From: an uncultured Bacillota bacterium
GTDB taxonomy: Bacteria > Sysuimicrobiota > Sysuimicrobiia > Sysuimicrobiales > Segetimicrobiaceae
Assembly: GCA_963804645.1 (NCBI GenBank)
Contig: CAWDRG010000009.1
Location: forward strand, 736,001 to 800,000
Reading direction: 5' to 3'
DNA length: 64,000 nt
Shown here: positions 50,184-59,235 of the stretch, one piece after another
Numbering within the stretch: the first letter of the stretch is position 1
Layout of the letters: the number at the start of each line of letters is the position of its first letter
Made by a program: the position numbers and the translations under genes
The notes under the pieces: generated by a model
Seen by the model: only the letters and a program-made list of their open reading frames with translations
What the model was told of the DNA's origin: nothing
Databases searched by the model: none

Positions 50184-50723
50184 ATGGGGCGACCGTCGAA
50201 GGGCGGGGGCCTTCGCATTCCAGAGGCCCTTCGGAGCCAGACCGAGGGGATCTTCAAGATGACCGATATGTTTTGCGCCGAGCACCTGGACGCGGAGTAC
50301 GCTGACCTGTGCTGGAGGCTCGTGGCCAGGCTGGCGCGCAAACGGCCCTCACCGCTCGTGCGCGGGGACCTGCGCATCTGGGCAGGGGCCGTGATCCACG
50401 TTGTCGGGAGCCTGAACTTCCTATTCGACCGGACGCAGCGTCCACACTTGACGGCGCACCGATTGAGCGCTTTGACCGGGATCCCCATGAGCACGCTGGC
50501 CAACAAAGCCAGGTTGATTCGGGATGTACTGAGGATCGGCCTGTTCGAGCCCGAACTCTGCCACCGGGAACTTCTGGAGCGCCACCCGATGGCGTGGTTG
50601 ATCTCAGTCGACGGCTTGATCGTGGACGCCCGCATGTTGTCGGCCGAGGTCCAGGCGGAGTTGCGACGGCGCGGGCTGCTTCCTCATCTGCCGGTCGCAC
50701 ATCCGGCCTGCAATGAGCCCTAA
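50184..50723 (+). CDS. DUF6398-like protein
   Basis: TDMFCAEHLDAEYADLC, LARKRPSPL, WAGAVIH, NFLFD, VDGLIVDAR. Confidence 0.8.
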   Translation: MGRPSKGGGLRIPEALRSQTEGIFKMTDMFCAEHLDAEYADLCWRLVARLARKRPSPLVRGDLRIWAGAVIHVVGSLNFLFDRTQRPHLTAHRLSALTGIPMSTLANKARLIRDVLRIGLFEPELCHRELLERHPMAWLISVDGLIVDARMLSAEVQAELRRRGLLPHLPVAHPACNEP

Positions 50724-51210
50724 GCGCGACTCCTACTGCGAACGGCTTGGCCTGTCGGTTCCACGTCTCGAAGACGTCGCGGACGCAGTTCAGGCTCTTC
50801 CACCTTATGGCGGCTGCGCTCCTGGAGCGTGGCCGTCCGATGGGCCTCAATGTTGAGGCCTGCGGGGGTCGTCGCCGGGAACGGCGACCTCGCGCTCTCG
50901 CCCAAGAAGGCTTGGCATGGCATGGGACCGATCTACCGGCACGCCCAGGGCCGCTTCGGGCTGAGCCTCTCGTCGGCGTCGCTGAAGCACATCCTCCGGA
51001 CCGCAGGGCTGCGTGCTCCCCGCTTCGCGGCACTCGCACCGCCTCCGGAGCCGGCGCAGCCGGCGGACGAGATACCACTCTCCGAGAAACGAGCTGGACG
51101 TGGCCTTTTGTGATCGCTTCACCTCCGGGTTCTCGGCGCTCCGGCAGGCCGCCGCAGTCTTCGATGCGCAAGCCGACGTCCCGGTGGACGTTGTGGTCGA
51201 GTCGGTACCA
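50713..51210 (+). pseudogene. Multiply frameshifted 5' fragment of a larger hypothetical gene
   Basis: MSPKRDSYCERLGLSVPRLEDVA / FRLFHLMAAALLERGRPM / AGVVAGNGDLALSPKKAWHG / ELDVAF..SALRQAAAV follow one another in different frames. Confidence 0.6.
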
Positions 51211-51358
51211 GGGTGGGCCGGTGGGCCGATCCGTGGTCGCGCGCCCGGCGGTCGTGGTCGTGAATATCGAGCGTGGGTCGTGACGGTGTGGCAGGGCACT
51301 AAGAAGGTTCTAATCGACCGCCGCGAAATTCAGTCGGCCCGCATGGTCGGAGGTTCCG

Positions 51359-52084
51359 ATGGGTCCTGAGCATAGAGGAGGGATCGCGAAGCCGACCATC
51401 GCCGCGGTGCTGGCGCAGTTCCTCGCGGACCAGCGTGAGCGGCTTGCCCCAAGGACGTTCATACGGTACGAGCAGGTGGTCGAGCTACTCAGGCACAGCC
51501 TAGACGGTTATGCCTACCAGTCGCTCGACGAGGCCGATGCAAAGCTCTTCGACCGCCTTTACAACGCGGAAGACAAGGAGCACCGGGAGTTCTGCGAGAT
51601 CTTCGGGCCGGCGCATATCCTGCCGAACGTCGGTGCGTTCCTCAACTACTTCATGGTTCGGAAGGTGATCGCTGGCGCAGACCTCTTGCGCGCGGCCGGG
51701 ACCGTGACGGGGAAGCTGGCCGCCTGGCTGATGGAAAAGGGGTATGCCGGGAGCGAGGATGCCAGCGATGCCGCAGAACGTGGCGCCGCCGCCATGCGTG
51801 ATCTCCCGAAGGCCAAGGAGCTGGCATCCCGCCTCCGCCGATTCACCGAAGACCAAGAGCTGTGCGACGAAGACGACGAGGTTGAGGATCACTTCACCAT
51901 CACGCGGGTAGAACGCGATAAGGTTTGGCTCGAGGGGATGCTCGACGGACGGGAGCTGGGTCCCATCGACGTCCCGGAGGACATCAGCCGCCGCTGCAAG
52001 GTCGGCTGGACGATCTCCGGCGTGGTCTGCCGCGTTGTCGGGAGGTGGCGGATTGTCGAGGCCTGGAACGTGTACCCGGGGTGA
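51359..52084 (+). CDS. Hypothetical protein (241 aa)
   Basis: Intact ORF; TIAAVLAQFLADQRERL, NYFMVRKV, C-terminal beta-rich segment. Confidence 0.75.
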   Translation: MGPEHRGGIAKPTIAAVLAQFLADQRERLAPRTFIRYEQVVELLRHSLDGYAYQSLDEADAKLFDRLYNAEDKEHREFCEIFGPAHILPNVGAFLNYFMVRKVIAGADLLRAAGTVTGKLAAWLMEKGYAGSEDASDAAERGAAAMRDLPKAKELASRLRRFTEDQELCDEDDEVEDHFTITRVERDKVWLEGMLDGRELGPIDVPEDISRRCKVGWTISGVVCRVVGRWRIVEAWNVYPG

Positions 52085-52345
52085 GCATAGTGGTCGGAGC
52101 GAACAACTCGCACGGCGATGCCAAGCGGTACAGGAAGAGGATATCGGTTCTCGATCTCCTGAAGCCTGGGGAGGCCGAGACCATCCTGCGTCACCTGCTC
52201 GCCGCCCATCCAGAGTTTGGGGTCGAGGCCGAGCAGATCGCCAGATCGGTTCTGAACGACGTGTCGTTCGGGTCGGTTGCCGATGACGTCGAGGATCGCG
52301 CGCGGGCTTTGGGCCTTGACGACCTCAACGGCCGCGCGGGGTCGT
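52081..52345 (+). pseudogene. Probable 3'-truncated hypothetical gene
   Basis: GTG overlaps the upstream TGA; protein-like to LDDLNGRAG, then reads into the antisense strand of the RES gene. Confidence 0.5.
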
Positions 52346-52371
52346 CATTGGACCGCCTGACCGCGGGGCAT

Positions 52372-53022
52372 TCATGGGAGTTCGGCTATTCCGTATCGCT
52401 CGTAGATCTGGGCCAATCGCTCCCTGAGCTTAGGATCTTTCAACCCTCCAATTGAGTCCACCCAAATCTTGCCGCTCGCCCGATCGAAGATAGCCACTGC
52501 CGTTTCACTGGGATCGCGACGGGGATGGTAGAGGATCCCGTCCGGCGCGCGCGGGTGCGACCAGAACGCGAGGCTCCAGCGTCGCGCAACGAGGTGAGAG
52601 CCGCTCGTTAACCGGCCATCGGCACCGAGACGCCCCAGCCCCGGCCCTCGCAAATCGACACAGCGCAGCGGTTCCTGAGGCGTCACCAGGGCCAGGCCAT
52701 AGCTTGCAACCGTACTACCCGAGACCGGGACCGTGGCACCCGAGGCCGACATCGTGATTGCGGCCAGGGTGCCAGGCGCTGGCAAGAGGGTTTCCGCGAA
52801 CGCTACGAACGTCGTGGTGCCTGTATACATGACCCCGTACTCACCATGGGGTGCGTCCCAACGGTTCGTTCGCGAGCGGCCGAAGAATTTCGACGTATGC
52901 TTGAGCCGGTGGATCCGATACAATTCTGAGGATTGTTCGGTGATGGGAAGCGCTCGCCGCGAAAGATCAAGCGGTGGATCAGGGTGTCCGCCAGGTGCGT
53001 CGTCAGGTTCAGGCTGCGCCAT
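52372..53022 (-). CDS. RES-domain toxin (NAD+ phosphorylase-like)
   Basis: LYRIH, NRWDAP, YTG..FAET, VDLRG, DGILYHPRRD. Confidence 0.88.
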   Translation of the reverse strand: MAQPEPDDAPGGHPDPPLDLSRRALPITEQSSELYRIHRLKHTSKFFGRSRTNRWDAPHGEYGVMYTGTTTFVAFAETLLPAPGTLAAITMSASGATVPVSGSTVASYGLALVTPQEPLRCVDLRGPGLGRLGADGRLTSGSHLVARRWSLAFWSHPRAPDGILYHPRRDPSETAVAIFDRASGKIWVDSIGGLKDPKLRERLAQIYERYGIAELP

Positions 53023-53707
53023 GCTCGCCAAAAAGCGCCGCGGCTGTCTTTACTTCTTCCGTCTTCCCCTTCCGTAGGGCATCGAGAGGCCTCTGGTCAT
53101 CGAGCCGATCGTTCGGGCTCAGCATGAAAATGAGTTGTGCCCATGGATCATTCGGTTCGAGCGCGCGTAATACGCTCTCCCACCCCGACAATACACCATG
53201 TCGGACAAATTGCCATGAGGGATACAGATATCCGCGGCGCCCGACAGTAAGCGCCAACAGTTTCTCTGATTTACGGCGCTTGTCCACTGATTGGCGCGAT
53301 ACGCCAAGATGTGAGGCAACCCGCTCGACGGTCCAGGCTCCGCCTTCTGCGTCCAGGAGTTGTTGGCGGGCCTCGAGGCCTCGTGCGCGGGCAGTAGTCA
53401 GGATCTGCTCCGGATCTGTCCGGTCGACCATCTCCGGTGCTTCGAGCACCCGCAGCACGGCCTGGATATTTGTACTTGCCGCCGCCGCTTCGCCAAGTGT
53501 GGGTGTCGGAACGCGACGGAGCGCCTCGGTTGCCGTTGCCAGCCAGCGAGTCAAGAGCGCTTCACGAAGTTCATCGCCGCGGACGTTGAGAGCCTGGCTC
53601 ACTGCCTCGGCTAGGGATCGCGACGTGCCTTTGAGGGTGAGCGTATCCGGAGATCGCCCGCGGTCCCGAATCCGAACTGTCTCACGAGTCGCAGCAGTGC
53701 GCGTCAT
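53009..53707 (-). CDS. Cognate antitoxin of the RES toxin (HTH-containing)
   Basis: VASHLGVSRQSVDKRR HTH, YLYPSWQF, PLDALRKG; overlaps the toxin start. Confidence 0.85.
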   Translation of the reverse strand: MTRTAATRETVRIRDRGRSPDTLTLKGTSRSLAEAVSQALNVRGDELREALLTRWLATATEALRRVPTPTLGEAAAASTNIQAVLRVLEAPEMVDRTDPEQILTTARARGLEARQQLLDAEGGAWTVERVASHLGVSRQSVDKRRKSEKLLALTVGRRGYLYPSWQFVRHGVLSGWESVLRALEPNDPWAQLIFMLSPNDRLDDQRPLDALRKGKTEEVKTAAALFGEHGAA

Positions 53708-53732
53708 AGTTGTTCAACCGCCTTCTCACTAA

Positions 53733-53780
53733 GGGTTGACTAACTATAAGAATATAATACAGTATATCTCTCGTCAACCC
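53733..53780 (-). promoter_or_regulatory. Promoter/operator of the RES TA operon
   Basis: Minus strand TTGACG, 17 bp, TATTCT, bracketed by the inverted repeat GGGTTGAC (53733-53740) / GTCAACCC (53773-53780). Confidence 0.7.
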
Positions 53781-53931
53781 CAATATTCTTCGCCAAGCTT
53801 CACGCGCGCCGGGTTTTGGGGCACCCTTGGGGCACGCTCGCCACCGTCAGGGATCTTCGCGGCTCCCGTCTATCTCAGAAGTCTCGATTCCACTACGATC
53901 TCTAGCCTCTGGAGACATAGTGGATTGCGGT

Positions 53932-53967
53932 AGATTCCCTGAAAACGCACTCGGAATGCACACGTCA
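53932..53967 (+). repeat. tRNA-anticodon-arm remnant R4 (direct repeat of R2)
   Basis: AGATTCCCTGAAAACGCACTCGGAATGCACACGTCA. Confidence 0.75.
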
Positions 53968-53995
53968 ACCTCTCCGTGCGTTGGCGTGGCGAGCA

Positions 53996-54373
53996 CTAGG
54001 GTCTTCGCGTGCCGGCAATTGCACGTTGTACTATGCGAGGATCACGCTGAATCACCGCGAGGAGGATTCGAGCTGGCCGATCTGGTACGGCGCGGCCCTG
54101 CTCCCACTGTTCGATCGTCCGTTGTGCGAGTCCAAAACGCTGGGCAAATTCTGCTTGCGTTAGGTTCATCTGGTCACGGATTTGCCGCACATTGGGGATT
54201 GGTGGTGTATGAACGGCACGAATCCTGACATTGGGTGGCAGCTCTGGTGCGGTGTCCGGATCCGCAGCTATCCACCGCTTGATGTCCTTGGCAGTTGCCA
54301 CCCGCACGCGCTTGAGGCCGACACGGCCTCTTGTCCTACGAATCTCCCCTCGAGAACGTCTGGTGGTAGACAT
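53996..54373 (-). CDS. Xre-type HTH antitoxin (HigA/YiaG-like)
   Basis: ADPDTAP, LTQAEFAQRFG..RTIEQWEQGR..PDRPARILL. Confidence 0.88.
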   Translation of the reverse strand: MSTTRRSRGEIRRTRGRVGLKRVRVATAKDIKRWIAADPDTAPELPPNVRIRAVHTPPIPNVRQIRDQMNLTQAEFAQRFGLAQRTIEQWEQGRAVPDRPARILLAVIQRDPRIVQRAIAGTRRP

Positions 54374-54618
54374 TTCGCTCCCTTCTTGATGCGGGTCGTG
54401 CTGAGATTATCCGCTTTACCTCGCCGCGCAGTGTGTAGACCACGACAAAGATGTCGTGGTCTACTTTCCCCATTGCGACGATTCGTTGCTCGTGGTACTC
54501 GTGGCGAGCATCTTGTCATTCCAACACATCGCCGTCAAAGATTCTTGATGCGCACGCGAAGTCAAATCCAACGCTCCGTCAAGTTCTTGTCACTCTTGCT
54601 CTGGTCCCATTCGAACAT
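54336..54618 (-). pseudogene. brnT: BrnT-family toxin pseudogene
   Basis: MFEWDQSKSDKNLTER /+1 frameshift near 54570/ GFDFACASRIFDGDVLE*QDARHEYHEQR..VVVYTLRG..RIISARPASRRER; in-frame TGA at 54516-54518. Confidence 0.88.
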
Positions 54619-54752
54619 GATCTGCAGTCAACACCGCGAATGGCGATGATATCATTAGTACCAATTCTAGGGTACTACGCATTCCGCGTATCCGTTAATA
54701 GCGTATGCTTAAGCACTGCTGTAGACTTTTAGAACATGGTATTTGAAATTCG

Positions 54753-54805
54753 GCGCACTCGGCGTGCGCAAGTCATCAATTCGGATTCCGCAGCGTGCGC
54801 CTCCA
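54753..54805 (+). repeat. Highly degenerate tRNA-Thr 3' remnant R5
   Basis: GCGCA CTCGGCG TGCGC AAGTC ATCAATTCGGATTCCG..GCCTCCA. Confidence 0.6.
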
Positions 54806-54864
54806 TTTTTCACGAAGGGTTGAACAGTTTTGCGATCGTCCAGTGTTGCCGCTGACGGAGCCGA

Positions 54865-56904
54865 CTACGACGCATCTCCCCGGGCGCCGGCGGAGAGGTT
54901 TCCACTGCCGCCAAACGCCTGGAGGATTCTTTCCATCAGCTGTGGCACATCTGCCGCTGTCGGGCGCTCGCCGCGCGTGGTAGCCTCGTCGACAAGACGG
55001 CATAGTCGTTCGCGCAGGAGCGTACGCACTCTCCCTGGGAACGGATTCAGGGCGTGATTCGCGGTGGTGACGAACGCATCCGACCAAACCTGCTCGTAGG
55101 CCTCCCGCTCTGGTCCGAAATCGAACTCTGGTAGGGAGCCTCTCCGGCCTCGCATCTCGGCCCGCCGCGTGCCGGTGGCAGTGTCGTCCACGGCAAACCG
55201 ATCGTCCACGGAAACGCCAAATTGGTCAAGAGCATACCGACGGGTGATGATCCCTCGGTGCACGTCGTGTGCGACCTCAAGCGGGTCTCGTTCTAGCGGA
55301 TCACCATACCCCCCGCCTCCCGGTGTGCCGATGCGCAGCACGTCCCCGAACTCTAAATGAAGCACATCGATTTTGCCGATATCGACTTCGCGTTGCGTTC
55401 CTGGATTCAGCAACGTATAGCCGGTTGCCCCCGGGCGCCCCCCCAGGCGTCCCCATGGACGGAAGGTGTACCGGTCCATCGCTCTGGAGGTTATCGTGGC
55501 CTCGGGAGCGAGGATCTGTAGTTCGATCTCCATCCCGGCGCCACCGCGGTAGCGGCCGGCGCCGGCCGAGTCGGGACGCAGGCGGTAGTGTCGGATTCGA
55601 AGCGGCATGTCGGCCTCAATTGACTCAACCGGAATGTTCCGAAGGAAGCCAATCGCGAACTCGATGCCGTCGATGCCGTCCTTCGTCGGACGTCCTCCCG
55701 ATCCGCCAACCAACGGTTCGACCACGCTCACTTTGCTGCCGCCGGTCTGGAGATCTGGCACCTGAAGCAGGAAGATGGATCCCTGGCCCGCCCCCGCCGC
55801 TGGAACGATATCAGGACGAGCCTGGGCCAGCGCTCCCATGATCACGTCGACCAGGCGAACTTGGGTCGCGGAGCGGTTCCCAACCGCTACCCCAAACTCT
55901 GGATTAAGCACGTTACCTCGAGGGATGACCAGCGAGACCGGACGAGCCAGCCCGGAGTTGTACGCTAGGTCACCGCGAACCGACCGCAGATACCCGATCA
56001 ACGAGAATACGAACTGCCAGTGTCCGTTGCGGGCGTGCGACGGTAGGTTATACGATTGGCGTGTTTGCGGGTCCGACTCTGAGAAATCGAGGGTGATGCG
56101 CCCGGCCACCACACGCATCGCGAGTTTGAGGCGGATGGGCCGACCGCCGCCGGAATCGCCCTCGAGATAGTCCCAGAACACGTACGTCCCGTCGGGAATC
56201 TTGGAAAACTCCTGAAGCGCCTGCTGCTCCGCGTAGTCAAGCACGTCACCGATCGCACGCTGTACCGCATCGATCCCGTACCGTTCCAGCAATCCCGTGA
56301 CGCGTGCCTCGGCCCGGTTGAGGGCGGAAACCAGCGCCTTAATGTCACCCCAGTTCTGGTCGGGAATACGGCAATTGGCCCGGATCAAGCCCAACAACTC
56401 ACGATTCAACTCACCGCGGCGGAACAACTTGGATACCGGGATGCGAAGGCCTTCCTGGTAGGTCTCGTAGCTGGATGGGGCGATACTTCCCGGTACGATG
56501 CCGCCCACGTCAGAGGAGTGAATGAACGCCCACGCGTAGCACACGACCTGCCCTTGCCACCAGACCGGTTTCCAGACATAAATATCCGGCAGGTGAGTCG
56601 CCATTCCACCGGTACCCCAAACGTCGTTCGAGACAAACACATCCCCCGGCTCGACGCCGAGATCAGCCGATGCTCGGATCGCCACATCGCAGGGCACGCC
56701 GATCATGAGGGCGATCCCGTAGTTGGTTGGGGCCGCCATGACTTCACCTTCTAGCGACACGAGTGCCGCACCGAAGTCGGAGGTTTCCTTCACAAACACG
56801 GTGTGGCCGCCGCGGAGGATTAACGAAGCCATTTCCTCGACAATGGCTTGCAATCGGCTCCGAAAGACCTCAACCATGACAGGGTCGATCGCGCGCTTCG
56901 ACAT
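54865..56904 (-). CDS. Hydantoinase B / 5-oxoprolinase-family subunit
   Basis: IDPVMVEV, KETSDF, THLPD, HSSDVGG..PGS, YQEGLRIP, DSAGAGRYRGG, TPGGGGYGDPLERD. Confidence 0.93.
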   Translation of the reverse strand: MSKRAIDPVMVEVFRSRLQAIVEEMASLILRGGHTVFVKETSDFGAALVSLEGEVMAAPTNYGIALMIGVPCDVAIRASADLGVEPGDVFVSNDVWGTGGMATHLPDIYVWKPVWWQGQVVCYAWAFIHSSDVGGIVPGSIAPSSYETYQEGLRIPVSKLFRRGELNRELLGLIRANCRIPDQNWGDIKALVSALNRAEARVTGLLERYGIDAVQRAIGDVLDYAEQQALQEFSKIPDGTYVFWDYLEGDSGGGRPIRLKLAMRVVAGRITLDFSESDPQTRQSYNLPSHARNGHWQFVFSLIGYLRSVRGDLAYNSGLARPVSLVIPRGNVLNPEFGVAVGNRSATQVRLVDVIMGALAQARPDIVPAAGAGQGSIFLLQVPDLQTGGSKVSVVEPLVGGSGGRPTKDGIDGIEFAIGFLRNIPVESIEADMPLRIRHYRLRPDSAGAGRYRGGAGMEIELQILAPEATITSRAMDRYTFRPWGRLGGRPGATGYTLLNPGTQREVDIGKIDVLHLEFGDVLRIGTPGGGGYGDPLERDPLEVAHDVHRGIITRRYALDQFGVSVDDRFAVDDTATGTRRAEMRGRRGSLPEFDFGPEREAYEQVWSDAFVTTANHALNPFPGRVRTLLRERLCRLVDEATTRGERPTAADVPQLMERILQAFGGSGNLSAGARGDAS

Positions 56905-57392
56905 CACTTCCCGTGCGCCTCCCCAATCGGGTTGCTGTGAGCGTCGACGCCGATGCAAAATTCCATCCGCACGACTGTTGGTCGTGCGAGGGGCGTGGGG
57001 CCCACAACCGCTTCGCCCAGCATCAACGCGGTGCGATCGCACGTACCGGCGGTCATGTCGCTCCTCAGATGATCTTGAGTTTGGCCTGTGGCTCCGGCCG
57101 CCACCCGGCGCGCGATGCGTTCCCTCTGGGGACGGCCCGCGGCTTGGGTCTGCGCGTCGAAATTTCGCGGGCTAAGCTCGATACCCTTTGCCGAACGAAT
57201 GCGGGCCCGGGTAGGCGCGGTCTCTCGGGAGACGTCCATTCGGAGCCGACCATCGGCTCGCGTCTTGCGCAGTGCACAAGTTCGGTCTTGTCGCCGACTC
57301 AACGCGCAGCCCCGTCGCCCTTACGTCGGATGATCGTGGGATCATGATCGGCCGCTATCCCGACGTATTTCTAGCCTAACGCATGTTCCATA

Positions 57393-57453
57393 TTGACGCG
57401 TCGAGGCCGTGGGGGTGTAATGCTCATAGGGACCCTGTCGACCGAGTCGACAG
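57393..57453 (+). promoter_or_regulatory. Sigma70-type promoter and downstream palindrome for the RraA-hydantoinase A operon
   Basis: TTGACG (57393-57398), 17 bp, TGTAAT (57416-57421); CTGTCGAC-CGA-GTCGACAG at 57435-57453. Confidence 0.6.
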
Positions 57454-57510
57454 CATTGGCGGATCGTTGGGCGCTCAGAGGTGCAGACAGGAAATCGGAG
57501 GTGACACCTT

Positions 57511-58194
57511 ATGGAGGAGTCGACGGTCACGACTTCCCCTTCTGAGATCATTGGCATGCTGCATCTGATTCGTACATCCACGCTCGCGGACATTCTTGAA
57601 GAGCACAGGTTTCACGGCGCCATGCACGGTCGCATTCACTGTATCGTGAACCCAGAGCGTAAGATGGTGGGCCGTGCGATCACGATGAAGAAAGCCGTAT
57701 ACCGATCCGATGCGCCAGAAGCCCGGTTGAGTTCGTCGCATCACCTCTTTTTGGTCCTCAATGAGGCGCGGCCCGGTGACGTGCTTGTGATCGACGGCCA
57801 GGGACTGATGGATGCGGCATCGTTTGGGGACCTGGCCGGGCGGGCCGCGCGTGCGAGAGGCATGGTCGGGGCGGTGTGTGACGGCGCAATCCGAGACGTA
57901 CGTGACCTGCGAAGCACCGGTCTGTCTGTATTTGCGGCGGGCGTACACACCTCTAGTGGCCTGAAGCGACTGCTCAGTTTGGACATGAATGTGCCAATTC
58001 GCTGCGGCGATGTCCCAGTGACTCCGGGCGACTACATCGTTGGCGATGAAGACGGCGTTGTCGTCGTGCCGTCGACGATGGCGCAGGCCGTCATCTCCGC
58101 GTTTCGCGCCGAACAGACAGAGTTCGCAGAGGCTGCGTTCATCGAGGCGACCGGAGATTTTCTCGGAGCGATGAAGCAGTTCGGGCGCGCGTAA
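57511..58194 (+). CDS. RraA/HMG-aldolase-family protein
   Basis: GRAITM, PGDVLVID, FGDL, DGAIRD, PGDYIVGDEDGVVVVP. Confidence 0.9.
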   Translation: MEESTVTTSPSEIIGMLHLIRTSTLADILEEHRFHGAMHGRIHCIVNPERKMVGRAITMKKAVYRSDAPEARLSSSHHLFLVLNEARPGDVLVIDGQGLMDAASFGDLAGRAARARGMVGAVCDGAIRDVRDLRSTGLSVFAAGVHTSSGLKRLLSLDMNVPIRCGDVPVTPGDYIVGDEDGVVVVPSTMAQAVISAFRAEQTEFAEAAFIEATGDFLGAMKQFGRA

Positions 58195-58218
58195 CCAACA
58201 GCGTGAGGGCGGTGGTGC

Positions 58219-59235
58219 GTGACAGAGCGCGTGAAGATTGTCGTCTTCGCTCAACTCAGTGAGGCACAGCTCGCCCGAATTCGAGCGGTGAGTCCAACCC
58301 TGGATGTTCGGTACGTCGGCGAGCCGTTGAGCATTCGCGAGAACCGGGTGTTCTTGTCACTGCCGGCGGAGGACGCGGCGGCGCAGCTACGTCCGCTGCT
58401 GAGTGACGCCGACATCATTTTGGGATACCCGGGCGATTTCACCCCTCCGTACCCCACGCCGAAACTTCAGTGGGTCCAGCTCCTCGGCGCGGGCACCAAC
58501 CATCTTCATAAGACCGGTCTCTGGCGCAGCCAGGTGACCGTGACGAACGCGAGCGGCGTGCACGCGGTCGCGATGAGTGAGTACGCCCTCATGTGCATGC
58601 TGATGCTCACGAACGACGCGTGGCGACTCCTTCGGCAGCAGCAGGCGCACACGTGGGAACGATGGCACCGGCCGACGCTCGCCGGCCGTTCCGTGGGCAT
58701 TCTCGGATACGGGGCGATCGGGTCCGAAGTCGCCCGCCTGTGCGCCGCCTTTAATATGACTGTCCGCGCGCTGGACATCACCTTTCCTGCCCATCGCCTC
58801 AACATCGGATATTTGAGCGAGGTGTATCCACCGCAGCAGCTCCGCCACATGCTGGCCCTCAGTGATTACGTCGTCAACTGTCTCCCATTGACGGAGAGCA
58901 CCACTCACATCTTGGGAGCCGACGCGATCGCTACGATGCCGAGCGGATCCTTTATCATCAGTCTGTCCAGAGGCCCCATCGTGGATTTCTCCGCGCTGAC
59001 CGTGGCTCTCAAGAACGAGCATCTCGGCGGCGCGGCGCTCGACGTGACCGAACCGGAACCGCTGCCGGCGGACAGTCCGCTCTGGGACATGCCCAACGTG
59101 ATTATCTCGCCGCACATGTCGGGAATCTTTCAGACATACATGGATCGGCTCACAGACCTGTTCTGCCAGAACCTCAGATTTTACCTCGGCGGGTACCCTC
59201 TCGTGAACGTCGTGGACAAGGGAGCCGGGTACTAA
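58219..59235 (+). CDS. D-2-hydroxyacid dehydrogenase
   Basis: GILGYGAIG, LPLT, SRG, ALDVTEPEPLP, SPHMSG. Confidence 0.92.
   Translation: MTERVKIVVFAQLSEAQLARIRAVSPTLDVRYVGEPLSIRENRVFLSLPAEDAAAQLRPLLSDADIILGYPGDFTPPYPTPKLQWVQLLGAGTNHLHKTGLWRSQVTVTNASGVHAVAMSEYALMCMLMLTNDAWRLLRQQQAHTWERWHRPTLAGRSVGILGYGAIGSEVARLCAAFNMTVRALDITFPAHRLNIGYLSEVYPPQQLRHMLALSDYVVNCLPLTESTTHILGADAIATMPSGSFIISLSRGPIVDFSALTVALKNEHLGGAALDVTEPEPLPADSPLWDMPNVIISPHMSGIFQTYMDRLTDLFCQNLRFYLGGYPLVNVVDKGAGY

Noticed and set aside
54516..54518. In-frame TGA in brnT as selenocysteine or programmed readthrough
   Set aside because: The gene also carries an upstream frameshift and the position is not a redox Cys site; decay is the simpler explanation.
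40130..54805. Interpreting the repeated GCACTCGGAAT motif as a CRISPR array or as functional tRNA-Pro(CGG)
   Set aside because: Spacing is kilobases and irregular, no cas genes are present, and the copies lack the 5' acceptor strand and a full D-arm.
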